Source: Podarcis filfolensis
Taxonomy: Eukaryota
NCBI GenBank assembly: GCA_964270895.1
Contig: OZ185436.1
Strand: one strand, 5' to 3'
DNA: 64,000 nucleotides
In this document: positions 1 to 11,613 of the stretch, piece after piece
Position numbering within the stretch: the stretch's first letter is position 1
Layout of the letters: each line of letters opens with the position of its first letter
Notes under the pieces: model-generated
The model's input: the letters and a program-made list of their open reading frames with translations, nothing else
The model's database searches: none
Told to the model about the DNA's origin: nothing
Position numbers and translations under genes: made by a program

Positions 1-160
1 CAGAGCAGTCACATAGGTTTTAATCCTACTGCTGTGTTTGTGCACTTGCAGTTATCTGGCAGATTGGACACATCTAACTTTAGGCATTACAGTGTATTAA
101 GATGCTCCAGTACAAAGGCAGCCTTCCTTCTCTAATTTCCTAGGGAGAGGTTGGAGGCAG

Positions 161-405
161 TGATGATCATCAACTTGAATGGCTTTAATAGGCGATTAGA
201 AGACTATCCATGGTGACTAGCTACGGTGCCTATGCTCTTGTCTCTATGACGGGAGGCAGTAATGCTTGTTGCTGGAAATAGGAGGGGCAAGCGCTCTCGT
301 GCTCGAATCCTGCTTGCTGCAGGTTTCCCACGGGCAACTGGTTCAGCCACTGTTGAGAACAGTTTGCTGGACCGGGTGGGCCTGACCTAGCAGGCTCTTC
401 TTTAT
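161..405 (+). mobile_element. CR1 LINE 3' end fragment
   Basis: Resembles the recalled squamate CR1 3' UTR (caacttgaatggcttt...gagaacag...gctgga...agcaggctcttc); related pieces at 25382, 59945 and 60600. Confidence 0.65.
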
Positions 406-1203
406 TAACTTAAGTTTCAGCGAAAACCTGTTTGCACCGCACACGCGGTGTGTGTACATGTGAGGACACGCATAGACATACGCCAGCAGCTAGCAGAAGC
501 GCCGTCAGAAACGAAGAGCACGGTGAACAGATTTCCACGTGGAAACCTGTACCCGGCACGACCTTTGTGCCTCCCTCTGTGGTTGCGTGTGGTGGAGGAA
601 GCTATTATTCGGAACCCTGTGCATTCGCTTCAACGGCACCGTTATAACCTCGCCTCTTCGATGCTGCCGAGAACGAGGCGTCGTTGGTTGCACTCGCTCA
701 GCTTTTCAAACCAGTTCTGCGCTCTCTACCCGCCCCCAACCGGCAGAAGCCCCAGAGGGAAAGCGCGCGCTAGCAAGCGGGAATGCCCATTGGCTGTTGG
801 CTTTGAACGCCGCCGTATTAGCGCGCGGCTTCTCTCTCTTCCCTGCTTCCCCTTCGCCACGAGGCCGTCTTAAGATCCGAACGCGATAGGTGCTTTGGGA
901 CGTCACTCACGGGCCTTTTCAGCAGCTTACTTTTAAAAAGCTCCCCCTTCCCCGGCAAAACCTTGTGGTGGTAAAAAAAAACAAACCCCAAAACAAAGAA
1001 CCCCTCCCGATTGGCTCTCAGAGCTGTCATTCAACAAAGTGACGCAAAAGACGGCGACAGTTCTTCTTTGCCTCATTTGGCACAAGGGGAAACGGAGGGG
1101 TGGGGGCGTGCCTCGCGCTTCCAAGGTGGGCGTGGCCACCCGCCGTTTCCTTTGTGTGTGGGCCTCAGTCGCCGGCTGCGAGCGCGCCTAAAGAGGAGTG
1201 GAA

Positions 1204-1215
1204 GCCGCCATTTTG
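1204..1215 (+). promoter_or_regulatory. YY1 consensus site
   Basis: GCCGCCATTTTG matches the YY1 motif; typical position just downstream of a housekeeping TSS. Confidence 0.6.
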
Positions 1216-1396
1216 TGCGTTTTCCTTTTCCCCACCCCCTTTTTTCCCCGTTCTCTACCGGTGGAAGCCTAGGCCTTCGGGTGGCCCTCCGAACGGACCT
1301 CGTAGCGCACCCGCCGGTGTACTGGTAGGCTGCAGCTGCCCCCTACCGGCGGCAGCGGCGAGGAGGAGGCGGCGTGTGGCGGGCCGCGGCTCCGGC

Positions 1397-2317
1397 ATGG
1401 AGAACTCCCAGCTATGTAAGCTGTTCATTGGCGGGCTGAACGTGCAGACGACGGAGGCCGGGCTGCGAGAGCACTTCGCGGCCTACGGGACCCTGACTGA
1501 CTGCGTGGTGGTGCTGAACCCGCAGACCAAGCGCTCCCGATGCTTCGGCTTCGTCACGTACTCGGCGGTCGAGGAGGCCGACGCCGCCATGGCAGCTTCT
1601 CCGCACGCGGTGGACGGCAACGCCGTGGAGCTGAAGCGGGCCGTCTCCCGCGAGGACTCGGCCCGGCCGGGAGCGCACGCGAAGGTGAAGAAGCTCTTCG
1701 TCGGAGGCCTCAAGGGGGACCTGGCTGAGAACGACCTGGTGGAGCACTTCAGCCAGTTCGGCCCCGTGGAGAAAGCCGAGATCATCTCCAACAAGCAGAG
1801 CGGCAAGAAGCGCGGCTTCGGTTTCGTCTACTTCCAGAACCACGACGCCGCCGACAAGGCCGCTGTGGTCAAGTTCCACCCCATCCAGGGCCACCGCGTG
1901 GAGGTCAAGAAGGCCGTGCCTAAGGAAGACATCCAGGGCGGCGGCGGCGGCTCCTCCAGGTCGAGCTGGGGCGGACGGGGGCGAGGAAGGGGAGGCGGAG
2001 GCAACCGGGACCACAACGGGCTCTCCAAAGGAGGCGGCGGCGGCTATAACAGTTATGGTGGCTACGGCGGAGGAGGAGGAGGCGGCGGCGGGGGCTACGG
2101 ATCCTACGGAGGCGGCTCATACGGTGGAGGAGCCGGCGGCGGCGATTACGGCAACGGGTACGGCGGCTTCGGCAGCTACAGCCAGCACCAGTCTTCCTAC
2201 GGCCCCATGAAGAGCGGCGGCGCGGGGGGCGGAGGGGGCGGCGGCTGGGGCCCCCGCAGTAACAGTGGACCATACAGAGGCGGTTATGGCGGGGGAGGTT
2301 ACGGCGGCTCCTTCTAA
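1397..2317 (+). CDS. HNRNPA0: Heterogeneous nuclear ribonucleoprotein A0 (intronless, 306 aa)
   Basis: Starts [18 protein letters not shown]. Two RRMs (RNP1 RCFGFVTY and RGFGFVYF), Gly/RGG-rich tail ending GGSF*. MK2 site LKRAVS84 conserved (codon 1646-1648). The ORF track's GTG start at 1100 is upstream of the true ATG (ggcATGg). Confidence 0.98.
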   Translation: MENSQLCKLFIGGLNVQTTEAGLREHFAAYGTLTDCVVVLNPQTKRSRCFGFVTYSAVEEADAAMAASPHAVDGNAVELKRAVSREDSARPGAHAKVKKLFVGGLKGDLAENDLVEHFSQFGPVEKAEIISNKQSGKKRGFGFVYFQNHDAADKAAVVKFHPIQGHRVEVKKAVPKEDIQGGGGGSSRSSWGGRGRGRGGGGNRDHNGLSKGGGGGYNSYGGYGGGGGGGGGGYGSYGGGSYGGGAGGGDYGNGYGGFGSYSQHQSSYGPMKSGGAGGGGGGGWGPRSNSGPYRGGYGGGGYGGSF

Positions 2318-2781
2318 GCGGGAAATGCCCATTACTGTTCTGGGGGTGTCGGTTTTGTCTGCATGGAGTATGCCCTCTGTTGTACCGGGCCAGGTTCTTA
2401 ATAGTTCCCCTACTCTTCGCCCTAAGGGGGCACCTCCGTACGAAAAGGCTTCCGTGATGCGGAGCTGCTCTCGAATTATTCTTGTTGGAGTCGCTCTGCT
2501 GCCTGTTTCACTTCTTTCCGAAGATGGACTGGGCCTCACACACAACGATTTTGTGTTAGTCATTGATGGACTCTATTTTTTTATTGCTTGGACATTGGTC
2601 GTTTTTATACTAGGAATAAGATACCGTTTTAATTTTGGTTTATTTGGGGTTGGGCGGGAGAGGGGAATTAACTTTGTAAGGACTTGGATACCTACACATT
2701 TTTTTCTACAAAATCTGCTCTGCTCCCGTGGCTGTAAAGGGGGAGGGGGGAGAGAAATGGTTTTTACATTTTTATTTTTTA

Positions 2782-2787
2782 AATAAA
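2782..2787 (+). terminator. Proximal polyadenylation signal of HNRNPA0
   Basis: AATAAA ~465 nt after the stop, followed by GU-rich (ttgtgtt) and U-rich downstream elements. Confidence 0.6.
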
Positions 2788-4104
2788 TCATTGTGTTCAT
2801 TGACCTTTACATGTCTTTTTTCCTAGGGTTCATTCCATACAGTTCAAGCAAAGGCTTTTTTAGTCGAACAAGTTATTTCTGCTCAGATTTCTACATGTGT
2901 TTCTAGTAAAGGTCTCAACTTTTTTGCTACCCCACTAGATTGGATTTAATACTTAAGAGATATGCACCAATTTTTGAAATGCCCACGGGTGGATGTAGTC
3001 AGTTAAAATACTTTATTGTACGTCCACTGTTTTGTAATTGGGCAGTTGCCTTGCTGACACAGTCTGTTTTTTGTACAGGTTGTTCTCCATCAACATATGT
3101 CGTTCTGACACATTTAGAGCATGTGCTTTTTCATATAAGTGTTCAAATTTTCAGATTGCTCAGTTTCACATTGTGTTATTTATTGGCTTGCCTGTAAACG
3201 ACCCATTATAGGGGAGGATGCTTTCTCTTCTGTTAAAAGTACTTTGTTTGCATAGTGAAGTCATTTCAACTGAATTCTGTCTTGTTCTTATTTAAAGGAG
3301 CCAAGAATCTTGTAGAGCACCACCTGCTGGCAGAATAGTTGACCATTGCTATAAGCTTTACTACAACAGACCAAAACTGCTCTCAAATCTATAGACGCTT
3401 AGTCCTTTAAATTGCAAAGGTCAAATCTGCATGCCAACAAAAATCCTGGACATTGGCTGAAAAGAAATACATCTGACATACCCATAAGTAAATTTATTGA
3501 TTAAATAATTAAATTGCCCAGTCTTCAAATTTTGTGCTAGGTGATTGATAAATGAGCCAGTAACCTAGGTGCCAGTTGTAAATCAAAATCTCTGTAGTCT
3601 GCTTGATGTATTTGTAGCCCTTTCACACAGTAGAATTGAAGTTTGTTGTTCTATTAGCAATGTTCTAGAGAGAAACTGCCTTCCTCAATAGAAATATAGA
3701 CTAGTTATGGATTATTGCAAATAAAGAATTGAATTCTTCACATGCTTCAGTGAGTATGTATGAAATGGCTAAAATGTTCCTGTTTTAAAAATATTCAGAC
3801 TTCAACCAAAGTCTTATGGCCTTCTCTAAACTACTTTGCTTTTGAACTGCTGGCTCAAACTTTTACATAGGACTTAGCTCCTGAAACAAGCTAGATGGTA
3901 TTTGGTCAAAAAAGCTTTCAGTCAGGTTTGAGTTAGTAATTTCTACTAGGTTTTTATAGTGGTTGAAGTAGATTTGCATTGGTTATTGCCTTGGAGAAAG
4001 TTCATGGCTACTTATTCAGTTGAAGACATCTGAAAGAACATGTTCCATTAGTTAATGTAGTTTGCTCTAGAAGTGCAAACAGTTACATCAAGTGACTGTA
4101 CAAC

Positions 4105-4110
4105 AATAAA
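4105..4110 (+). terminator. Candidate distal polyadenylation signal of HNRNPA0
   Basis: AATAAA with an upstream TGTA (CFIm motif). Confidence 0.35.
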
Positions 4111-7100
4111 CTGGCTTGACTTAATAACTCTTGGTTTAGATGCATAAAAGCACACAGCTGGTCAGTTACCATGTGTTAAGTTACCAACTTAAAAAGCAGT
4201 GAGACATCAGTTCTTAAACATTTTATAGCATGTTAATGCTTTTCCTTCACAGAAAACACAAAAAAGTGGTTTGTGGCTTTATAGCTCATGCACCTATAGC
4301 AGAACAATATTTTAAATCAATTACTACATGTTCTGTATGCAGGTCTTTCACAGCAGTGTGTTTTTCTTTATTTGAAAAAAAGCAAAAACCTCAGTCCTCT
4401 GAAAGGCAGTTAGAAACAGTTATGCTGTCTCAGAAAAATGGGCTAAGACACCTTAAAGCAAAACGGGCTCCACTTTTTAAAATATTAGGTATTCTCAATT
4501 TTTTTTGTTCTTATTCCTTACAAGGAAGATAAGAAAGGTCATGCAGATAGGGCTGACCTCTGAGCGTTCCACCAAAATGCCTAGAACAGCTTTTTTGTAT
4601 AGCTTCGGTCTGTAATTGTGGTGGTCTGATCTCTGCTTTTTAAAGGCTTAAAAGAAAAGTTGGCATCCAAAACTTAGTAAGTTATGGACTTAATATTAGG
4701 AAAATGCTGAAGATGCCAAGAATGAAAGGTGAGAACAATCCAATGAGGAACTGGGAATGCCTTTTACAAACACAACATGTAGTGGGGTGGCATTTTGGAT
4801 TCCCTTTGCCAGCCATATTTTCAGTAGTTGGGTAGTAATGCTCTAGTATGCATGTCTAGAGGAATTAAAACTGTACCTGATGCAATAATACAGCATCTGA
4901 GAATCGGGAATATTGTGATCAGACTCCTACAGGAGTGAATACCAAACTAGTGGTGGTAACATCTCTGGTAGTGACTATATATGGTGCTAGTCCCTTCATG
5001 CTGCTTTGTGTAATACTTTGGTAGTCTAGTCTTTAGCACTAAAGCTTTATTGTTTATAAGCTGCAGCATGATTATGTATATTCCTCTTAAAAGGAAAAGG
5101 CTGGTGGTATACCACTGTTTGTTAACAGTTATAAAAATGGGTGTATGCTGACCATAAAGTTTTCTTTAGCTGCCATTGAATACTTTCAAGTGATCTGCTG
5201 TAAGAGAGTGTGCCATATGTTGTAAACAGTAAAAGCTGAAGGCTGAAAGTGCCTGATGCAAAAAAGAGGCCAGTTTCAATTTCAATAGGTTGACTACCAG
5301 CACTTCTGAGTCCTGAAACTAAAGCATTCCTGTATATGGAGAAATGTAGAAATGATCCAATACTTTACAGTTCAGTACTGTTCTGTTAAGACCAGTGTAT
5401 CTTGTGTCATCTCCCCCCCCCCCAACTGAGTTTCCCTTGGCAGAGTTTAAGAACAGAAGCTGTGTGCCAAGCTCCAGGTCTAGGTCTAATTAAAGTGCAG
5501 TATGTTAACAATCTTGGGCAATTTCTAACTGCTGTCTAAATTCTATAGTGTTTTTTACATAATGGTTCTAGTTATACACATGCCAGATACGGTGAATACA
5601 TTGGATGAAAGAAGCAACTATAGTACTCTGATCCCACCCCCTTTGCAGTAACTGATACCTACATAAGAGTGCAGTATTGGAGACCCAAGATTCTGATATG
5701 GATTAATAATGGTAGTAGTTTACCTTAACCTGTGTTTTATATGTGGGATCACAAAATTGGAAACCTGCTTGTTTTAATGTTCATTGAGATGTCACATTTA
5801 AAGATAAGAGTGGGGGGGTTTGCTGAAATGAGGGCTGGAGGCTTAGTTGCTCTTGAGTTTGAACAGTCGGTCTAATGAGTGATTAACTTGGTGAAGTGGA
5901 AATAAATTTCAACCCTGTGCTTTTATTTTTAGCCTCATAATTCACTGCCTACTATCTGGTCAATTAGAATCATCATTGTGTCTAGAGATGCCTGCTTTTT
6001 CTCCCCCTTCATATATCAGCTGTATATGAAAGGAAATGAACACAGGCAAACTTAAGCTTGATGTGAATATGTTGGCTTGAAACAACTTGTGCACTTAAGT
6101 TCTACAATTCAGTTTCTAAAACATTTAAACTTTTGATATTTGTTGGTCTTCGTGCATTGTCTTGTCTTCGCCGCTCTGGCTGCTTCACATATTGGCAGAC
6201 TGTTTCTCCATAGATCCTCTGTGTTTTCTTTGGATTAGATCTAGCCCTGGAGTCTCAATTTTGTCTCTTACATGTTTACATGAATGGAAGAGGGACCTTG
6301 AACTCTCCCCCCAGCTTTCTTGGGATAGATATGCTGAAAAGCTCTCGGTCAACAATGCAGATTGTGACACATTTCATGCAAGATGCTGTAATCCCATACA
6401 TCTTGTCATGCTACCCTGAAGGAAAGGTATGGTTTTAGTTCAGAAACTGAAATTTTAGTAAGCAGGTGTATTAGAAATAATTTATACACCATACATCTAA
6501 ATGAGCTGTGAGATTAAACTTTGAAGTCAACATACTATTTATCACATACGGTTAACAGGGTCTCTTCTGAGTATTCACATTTTATATATAACATTAACAA
6601 CAATTTAAGATGGTGTTCACATGTAGTGTGTGCTTATAAAAGCAAATGAGAGGAATGCTTAATAACTAAGCTTGTTCTCAGTGTTTGGTAAAAATAACTA
6701 ACTGAGGTTTTTTTAACCTAAACTTGATGGTGATTTACACATGCATGTTCATTACTTAGTGATTTTCATTGGTGAAGGAGCCATGAGATCAAATATCAGA
6801 AGTTAAGCTGAGAGATACTAAGTTACTTAAGGTCATCAGCAATGGTGGACTTGAATTGACTGTTTCTACAACCAACTAACCTTTTTAATGCTCTGTCTCA
6901 TGGATCTTACCAAATTTATCATTGTTCTTAACTGCTGAAAATGCTAAAGAATTATTTGGGATTAATTATAATTGGTCTGTGCTCAGTTGTGTGGTGCTTA
7001 TTCATACAAGTAACCTTAACTGCTTGGAAAAGCATCTGGTTTACTATCAGTTTTAATAATTTCTGAGGGCATAGATCTGCAGGGAAAGGTGAGTTCTAGT

Positions 7101-7764
7101 CAGAGTTCATTTAAAAGAAGCAAACATATGGAACCAACAGACCTCTCATGAAAGTCAGCTTTACATAAGCTTATCCAAAAATTACCTGTGAAAGCACAAC
7201 TCTACCTGCACTGCTGTGCAGCATAAAACAATCATTAACCAATGAGCAACCAGGGGAACAACTGATCTGATCTTGGTGCTACTCAGTCCAAATAATCCTA
7301 TAGAATAATATTTTATCTTTAACCTCTTCTGTAATTTGGACTATGCAAGAATGCTGGAAAATTATGACTTTCAACACTTACAAAGTATTCATAAAGCAGT
7401 TACACATAAAAAATAGGTCAATAGATTACTGAACTCTACAATATACAAGAGTTTATAGATCTGTTTATATTTTGTTCAGCTCCTAAATGGTTGTTACATA
7501 GAGTGAATATTTGCTGCACTAGGGTGTAGTGATTGATTTTCAAAATACAAATATGTCACAAAGAAATGTTGACCCATAGACTTCAGTCATATAAATAGAT
7601 ACCTGTGAGGTCAAATTCTGATCCAAAGCAGCCTCTAGCTGCCTATGACCAACTGCTGCTGCTGCTTCAGAAGAATGACAATTTTATAAGGTCTGAAAAA
7701 AGGATGTGTAGAAATACACGAAGTCTATATTGACCAACTTGGAGAGTGCATGAATGAATTAAAA

Positions 7765-7812
7765 CCTACAGAATTGTAGAGCTGGAAGGGACCCAGAGGG
7801 TTATCTATTCCA
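7765..7812 (-). mobile_element. CR1 LINE 3' tail remnant
   Basis: acagaattgtagagctggaagggacccagagggttatctattcca resembles the reverse complement of the CR1 terminal motif. Confidence 0.55.
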
Positions 7813-9412
7813 TGTTGTAAATCAGTTTCTTTTTCAAACTTAGTATCTCTTTTTAAAATAGCCAGCTTTAGAATCACATGTCTTTACTCAGAAATAAGTG
7901 TCTGTCCAGCGCAGTCCAAAATGTGTGTATTTCTGTAGCCTAGGGCTATTCTAGAATCAGTAGAAATAATATTTGTAAAATAGTCCACACATAATTTAGA
8001 TCTGCTGCATATTTTTTTGCCTCTTAAGAAGCACTTCTTGAGACAATTGTTTCATTTTTCAACTAAAAAGTCATTGTGGACTGATGCTATTCGATATCGC
8101 TTTGAAAACACATGTAGGCAGTCCTGGCAATGGGGGTGTATCCACTACTGCCCAATGACACAGATGGGTGTATACCAAGATCACAATCACCACTTCATCC
8201 TCCATTCACTAAGGGAATGTGCAAGGAGGAAAAGGTGTGGATAACCTACTTACTTATTTATTTGTTAAATCCGTTGGTTGCTTTATCTTGCCCAAGGCAA
8301 CCTAATGGGACTTACAAACAAAAACAAAGTCCCACATAAATAAGGCCAAGGGAAAAAACAATACGTACGTTGAAAACATGTCACCACAACCACGCATAAC
8401 CTTACCAAGGGGAAGGTTTTCAAATGTGTATCAAATAACCACACCCTTGTGGTCAGCAGGATCTAGAATCAATGCAACATGTGAGGACAAACATGAACAA
8501 TTACGGGGTGAGAGAAACTATATTTTTGTGCTGCAAGTGGATTAGCGTGCTAGCAGCCTTAGAATTAGTCCTCAGAATGCTAGGTTTGTGTGAATGATTT
8601 CAAGAGAGAAATCAAGTGGCTGAATAATGTAAGCAATAAATGCCAATTTTCTTTCTACTTCAAGCTTACTCTGCCTAAATCTCAATCCTTGGCGCTAGTG
8701 TGATAATACTAAGCATTCATTTGCTGGCACAGCAAATCTGAAGATTTGGATTGCTAGTGATTCTAACACACAGTGTCAGAGCTAGGATTACAGAGGTTCC
8801 AGAAAAAGATCAGTCTCCATGAGAATTAATTTATGAAAGCTAAGAGGTCCTTTATACTGTCTTGATTAGGGTTGCTAGGGTAAGATTTTTGAGAGAGTCC
8901 TATACTTTTGATGATGCTGCCCTTCACTTAAAAACAATCTTTTTTTCTCTCTCTTGATCTTTAGGGGAGAGTGCCTGCACTTGTGTGGCGAAAACGGTAG
9001 AGCCCACAAACCAAAAGGAGGTAGCTGTAGGCTGAGTGTAATATTGAGTTCTTAAGTACAAAACTTCTTTATAACACCCTTGCCCTTGCCCACCCCCACC
9101 CCTCAATAGCCCCATGAAACTGAGCATGTTCTCAGTGGGTATGGAATACTGATGGGGGAGCACCTGGAAAACCAGGCGAGGGAAATGGAATGGAGCGGTT
9201 GGAGGAGACACACTGCTTTCTGCTGCAAATCAGGTTACCTGTTTTAAAATGCTCCAGGGCTGGCTAGAAGTCAGGGCTGGCCAGAAAAGTCAATAGAGAT
9301 ACATAGGATTTTAATTTAGCTGGGACTGGGCACCAGCATCCAACCTTGCCTCCCTCCGAAAAAACCTACCCCAAAGTATCTTGAACTTGGTTCTTAATTA
9401 GTGTGAAAACAT

Positions 9413-9458
<46 letters not shown>
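9413..9458. repeat. Compound (AC)6(AG)17 microsatellite
   Basis: Read directly from the sequence. Confidence 0.95.
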
Positions 9459-9462
<4 letters not shown>

Positions 9463-10965
9463 CAAAGCAAATGCAGCACCTTGTGCATATTGCAGGTTGG
9501 AAGAAGCTGTATCTGGGGGAAGAGGTTCACACAGCCCTGCAGGGGTAGTTCATGCTGAATACTGGCACAGTCAGGCTGCAATGCTACTCGTTGATTTTAT
9601 CTCCAAAGTGCAGGTTGAGCTAAGGGCAATATAAAACTGCAGTGTAGTTTGGGGCTGTGCCTCATTCCTGAGAGTAGTTTACAGTGTCCCTGGCACTGCA
9701 GTCCACTGTTAATGTTACAGACTACAGTAGTTGTGAAGTGGGTTTGGATTCCCACACAAAAACCCTCCATGCTTGAGTTGCGGTCAAGGTCAGACTTTCT
9801 TCCAGGCCAAGTCAAGCACTGAACTGCATTTAAAACCCTCATGCTCCATTGATTTTGGTGCAGAATGGTTTCCCTTTTAAATGTTCAAAAACAGTTTCTG
9901 CACATGGTGAAAAGCCCAGGCCAGATCAGTTACCCAGTCTTAGATGCGGCTTCTGTTTTGCAAACCCTTCAGCTACAGGTAACAAACTCCAGGGGTATTG
10001 TGCAACATTTTGTTGCAAGGCCTTGTAGAACCTTAACAGTGACTCTTGTGTGTCACTCCTTGTGTGTCCAAAACTACACTAGCCATGCACAAGAAGGAGG
10101 TATCAATAGGCTACAAGAACCCTAAGGTTTGCAGAAGTGTGAATAATTGTTAAGGGTAAAATTCCAAGTGGCGAAATCCCCTCCCCTCAAAACAGCCTTC
10201 CAAGCCCTGAGCCTGCCAACTGTTGAAGGGAAATTGGAAAAGTTGGGATGGGAACTATTATGGACTCTTTCAAATGAGGACATGGTTGGCTAGAATCCAA
10301 AACAGGAGCACACTGGGTTCAACATGTGGAAATAGATGTACGGCAGAGTGTTTTTCCATCTATCTAGGACTGCAGTGATGGGAGAAGAGGTATGTGCAGC
10401 TTTTAAGGCACAGAGCTGCAGTTGGCAATATTGGAGTTATGTATGTAGGACTCATAAATAATCTCTCACACCCTTATACTATGGAAGCTTTCAGTTAACA
10501 TTTAGATCTGCCTCTCCTTGTAAGTTCTCCAAGGCATGAAGCATACTATCCATGTTTTTAAAAAACCGATTTTGTTAGTTTTTCATAAGAAACATGAGAA
10601 TACAGGCCCCCCTCAGTAAACAGTTTCCCCTACCTACCCATGTCTCACAGAGTTTTATGGGAAAACATTATTCCAAAGTTTCAAATGTGAGTCTGGTGGA
10701 TGCCTCTGTACTTTATGTTCCATCAGGTATGTGCTGAAAAGGTCCTTTTATGCACGCTGAAATCAACCTCAGTACAGCAACGCTTCTATATGGCTGTGAT
10801 TAATTTGAACGTAGAGAATTTATGGGGCGCTCTTATGTCTCATAGGACAAGGAGGAATTAATAAGAGCCCAGAGTCCTTGCTCAACAGCCATCATCCACA
10901 CCTCATATTTTGAGGAGTTTAATAGTTTGCAAAATGTGGTTTCTTTTCTACCCTGCTTAATTGTA

Positions 10966-11613
10966 CAGTGGTACCTCTGGCTGTTTTTGTCCATGGAGTT
11001 TTCTTGGCAGGGATACTAGAGTGGCTTGCCTGTTCCTGCTCCAGGTGGATCACGTTTGGTCAAAACTCTCCACTATGACCTGTCTGTCTTCGGTGGCCCT
11101 GCACAGCATAGCTCATAGCTTCTCTGAATTATACAAGCCCCTTCACCATGACAAAGTAGTATTTTGGCCACCTCATGAGAAGAGAAGACTCACTGGAAAA
11201 GACCCTGATGTTGGGAAAGATGGAGGGCACATGGAGAAGGGGACGACAGAGGACGAGATGTTTGGACAGTGTTCTCGAAGCTACTAACATGAGTTTGACC
11301 AAACTGCGGGAGGCAGTGGAAGACAGGAGTGTCTGGCGTGCTCTGGTCCATGGGGTCACGAAGAGTTGGAAACGACTAAATGCCTAAACAACAACACCGC
11401 TGGTTACAAACTTAATTCGTTCGGAGGTCCATTCGTAACCTGAAACCGTTCTTAACCTGAGGTACCACTTTAGCTAATGGGGGCTCCCGCTGCCGCTGCG
11501 CCGCCACCGCGTGATTTCTGTTCTCATCCTGAGGTAAAGTTCTTAACGCGAGGTACTACTTCCGGGTTAGCGGAGTCTGTATCCTGAGGTGTTTGTAACC
11601 CAAGGTACCACTG
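10966..11613 (-). mobile_element. Tc1/mariner (Tigger-like) MITE interrupted by a BovB insertion
   Basis: TIRs CAGTGGTACCTC / AAGGTACCACTG flanked by TA; body is the reverse complement of the copies at 39937 and 43360. Confidence 0.85.
10981..11395 (+). mobile_element. RTE-BovB LINE derivative (3' end in + sense, preceded by an inverted segment)
   Basis: 11160-11387 encodes YFGHLMRREDSLEKTLMLGKMEG...WRALVHGVTKS (BovB ORF C-terminus) followed by a (CAA)n tail. 10981-11155 resembles the BovB 5' region on the minus strand. Confidence 0.8.

Larger units (their letters stand above)
430..2320. promoter_or_regulatory. CpG island covering the HNRNPA0 promoter, 5' UTR and CDS
   Basis: Dense CpG and high GC against CpG-depleted flanks. 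CCAAT boxes (ATTGG 789-793, 1010-1014), GC box GGGCGTGG 1128-1135, CRE-like GACGTCA 899-905. Confidence 0.85.

Noticed and set aside
432-1328. Several 60-140 aa ORFs in the HNRNPA0 CpG island
   Set aside because: Stop-poor GC-rich promoter DNA; no homology or coding pattern.
1100-1396. 99-codon GTG-initiated N-terminal extension of HNRNPA0 in the ORF track
   Set aside because: No ATG, GC-rich 5' UTR/promoter sequence with no protein-like signal; the orthologous protein starts at MENSQ (1397).
1412-2563. Long antisense and alternative-frame ORFs (200, 148, 117, 107 aa) over HNRNPA0
   Set aside because: Expected shadows of GC3-rich codon usage; no recognisable domains.
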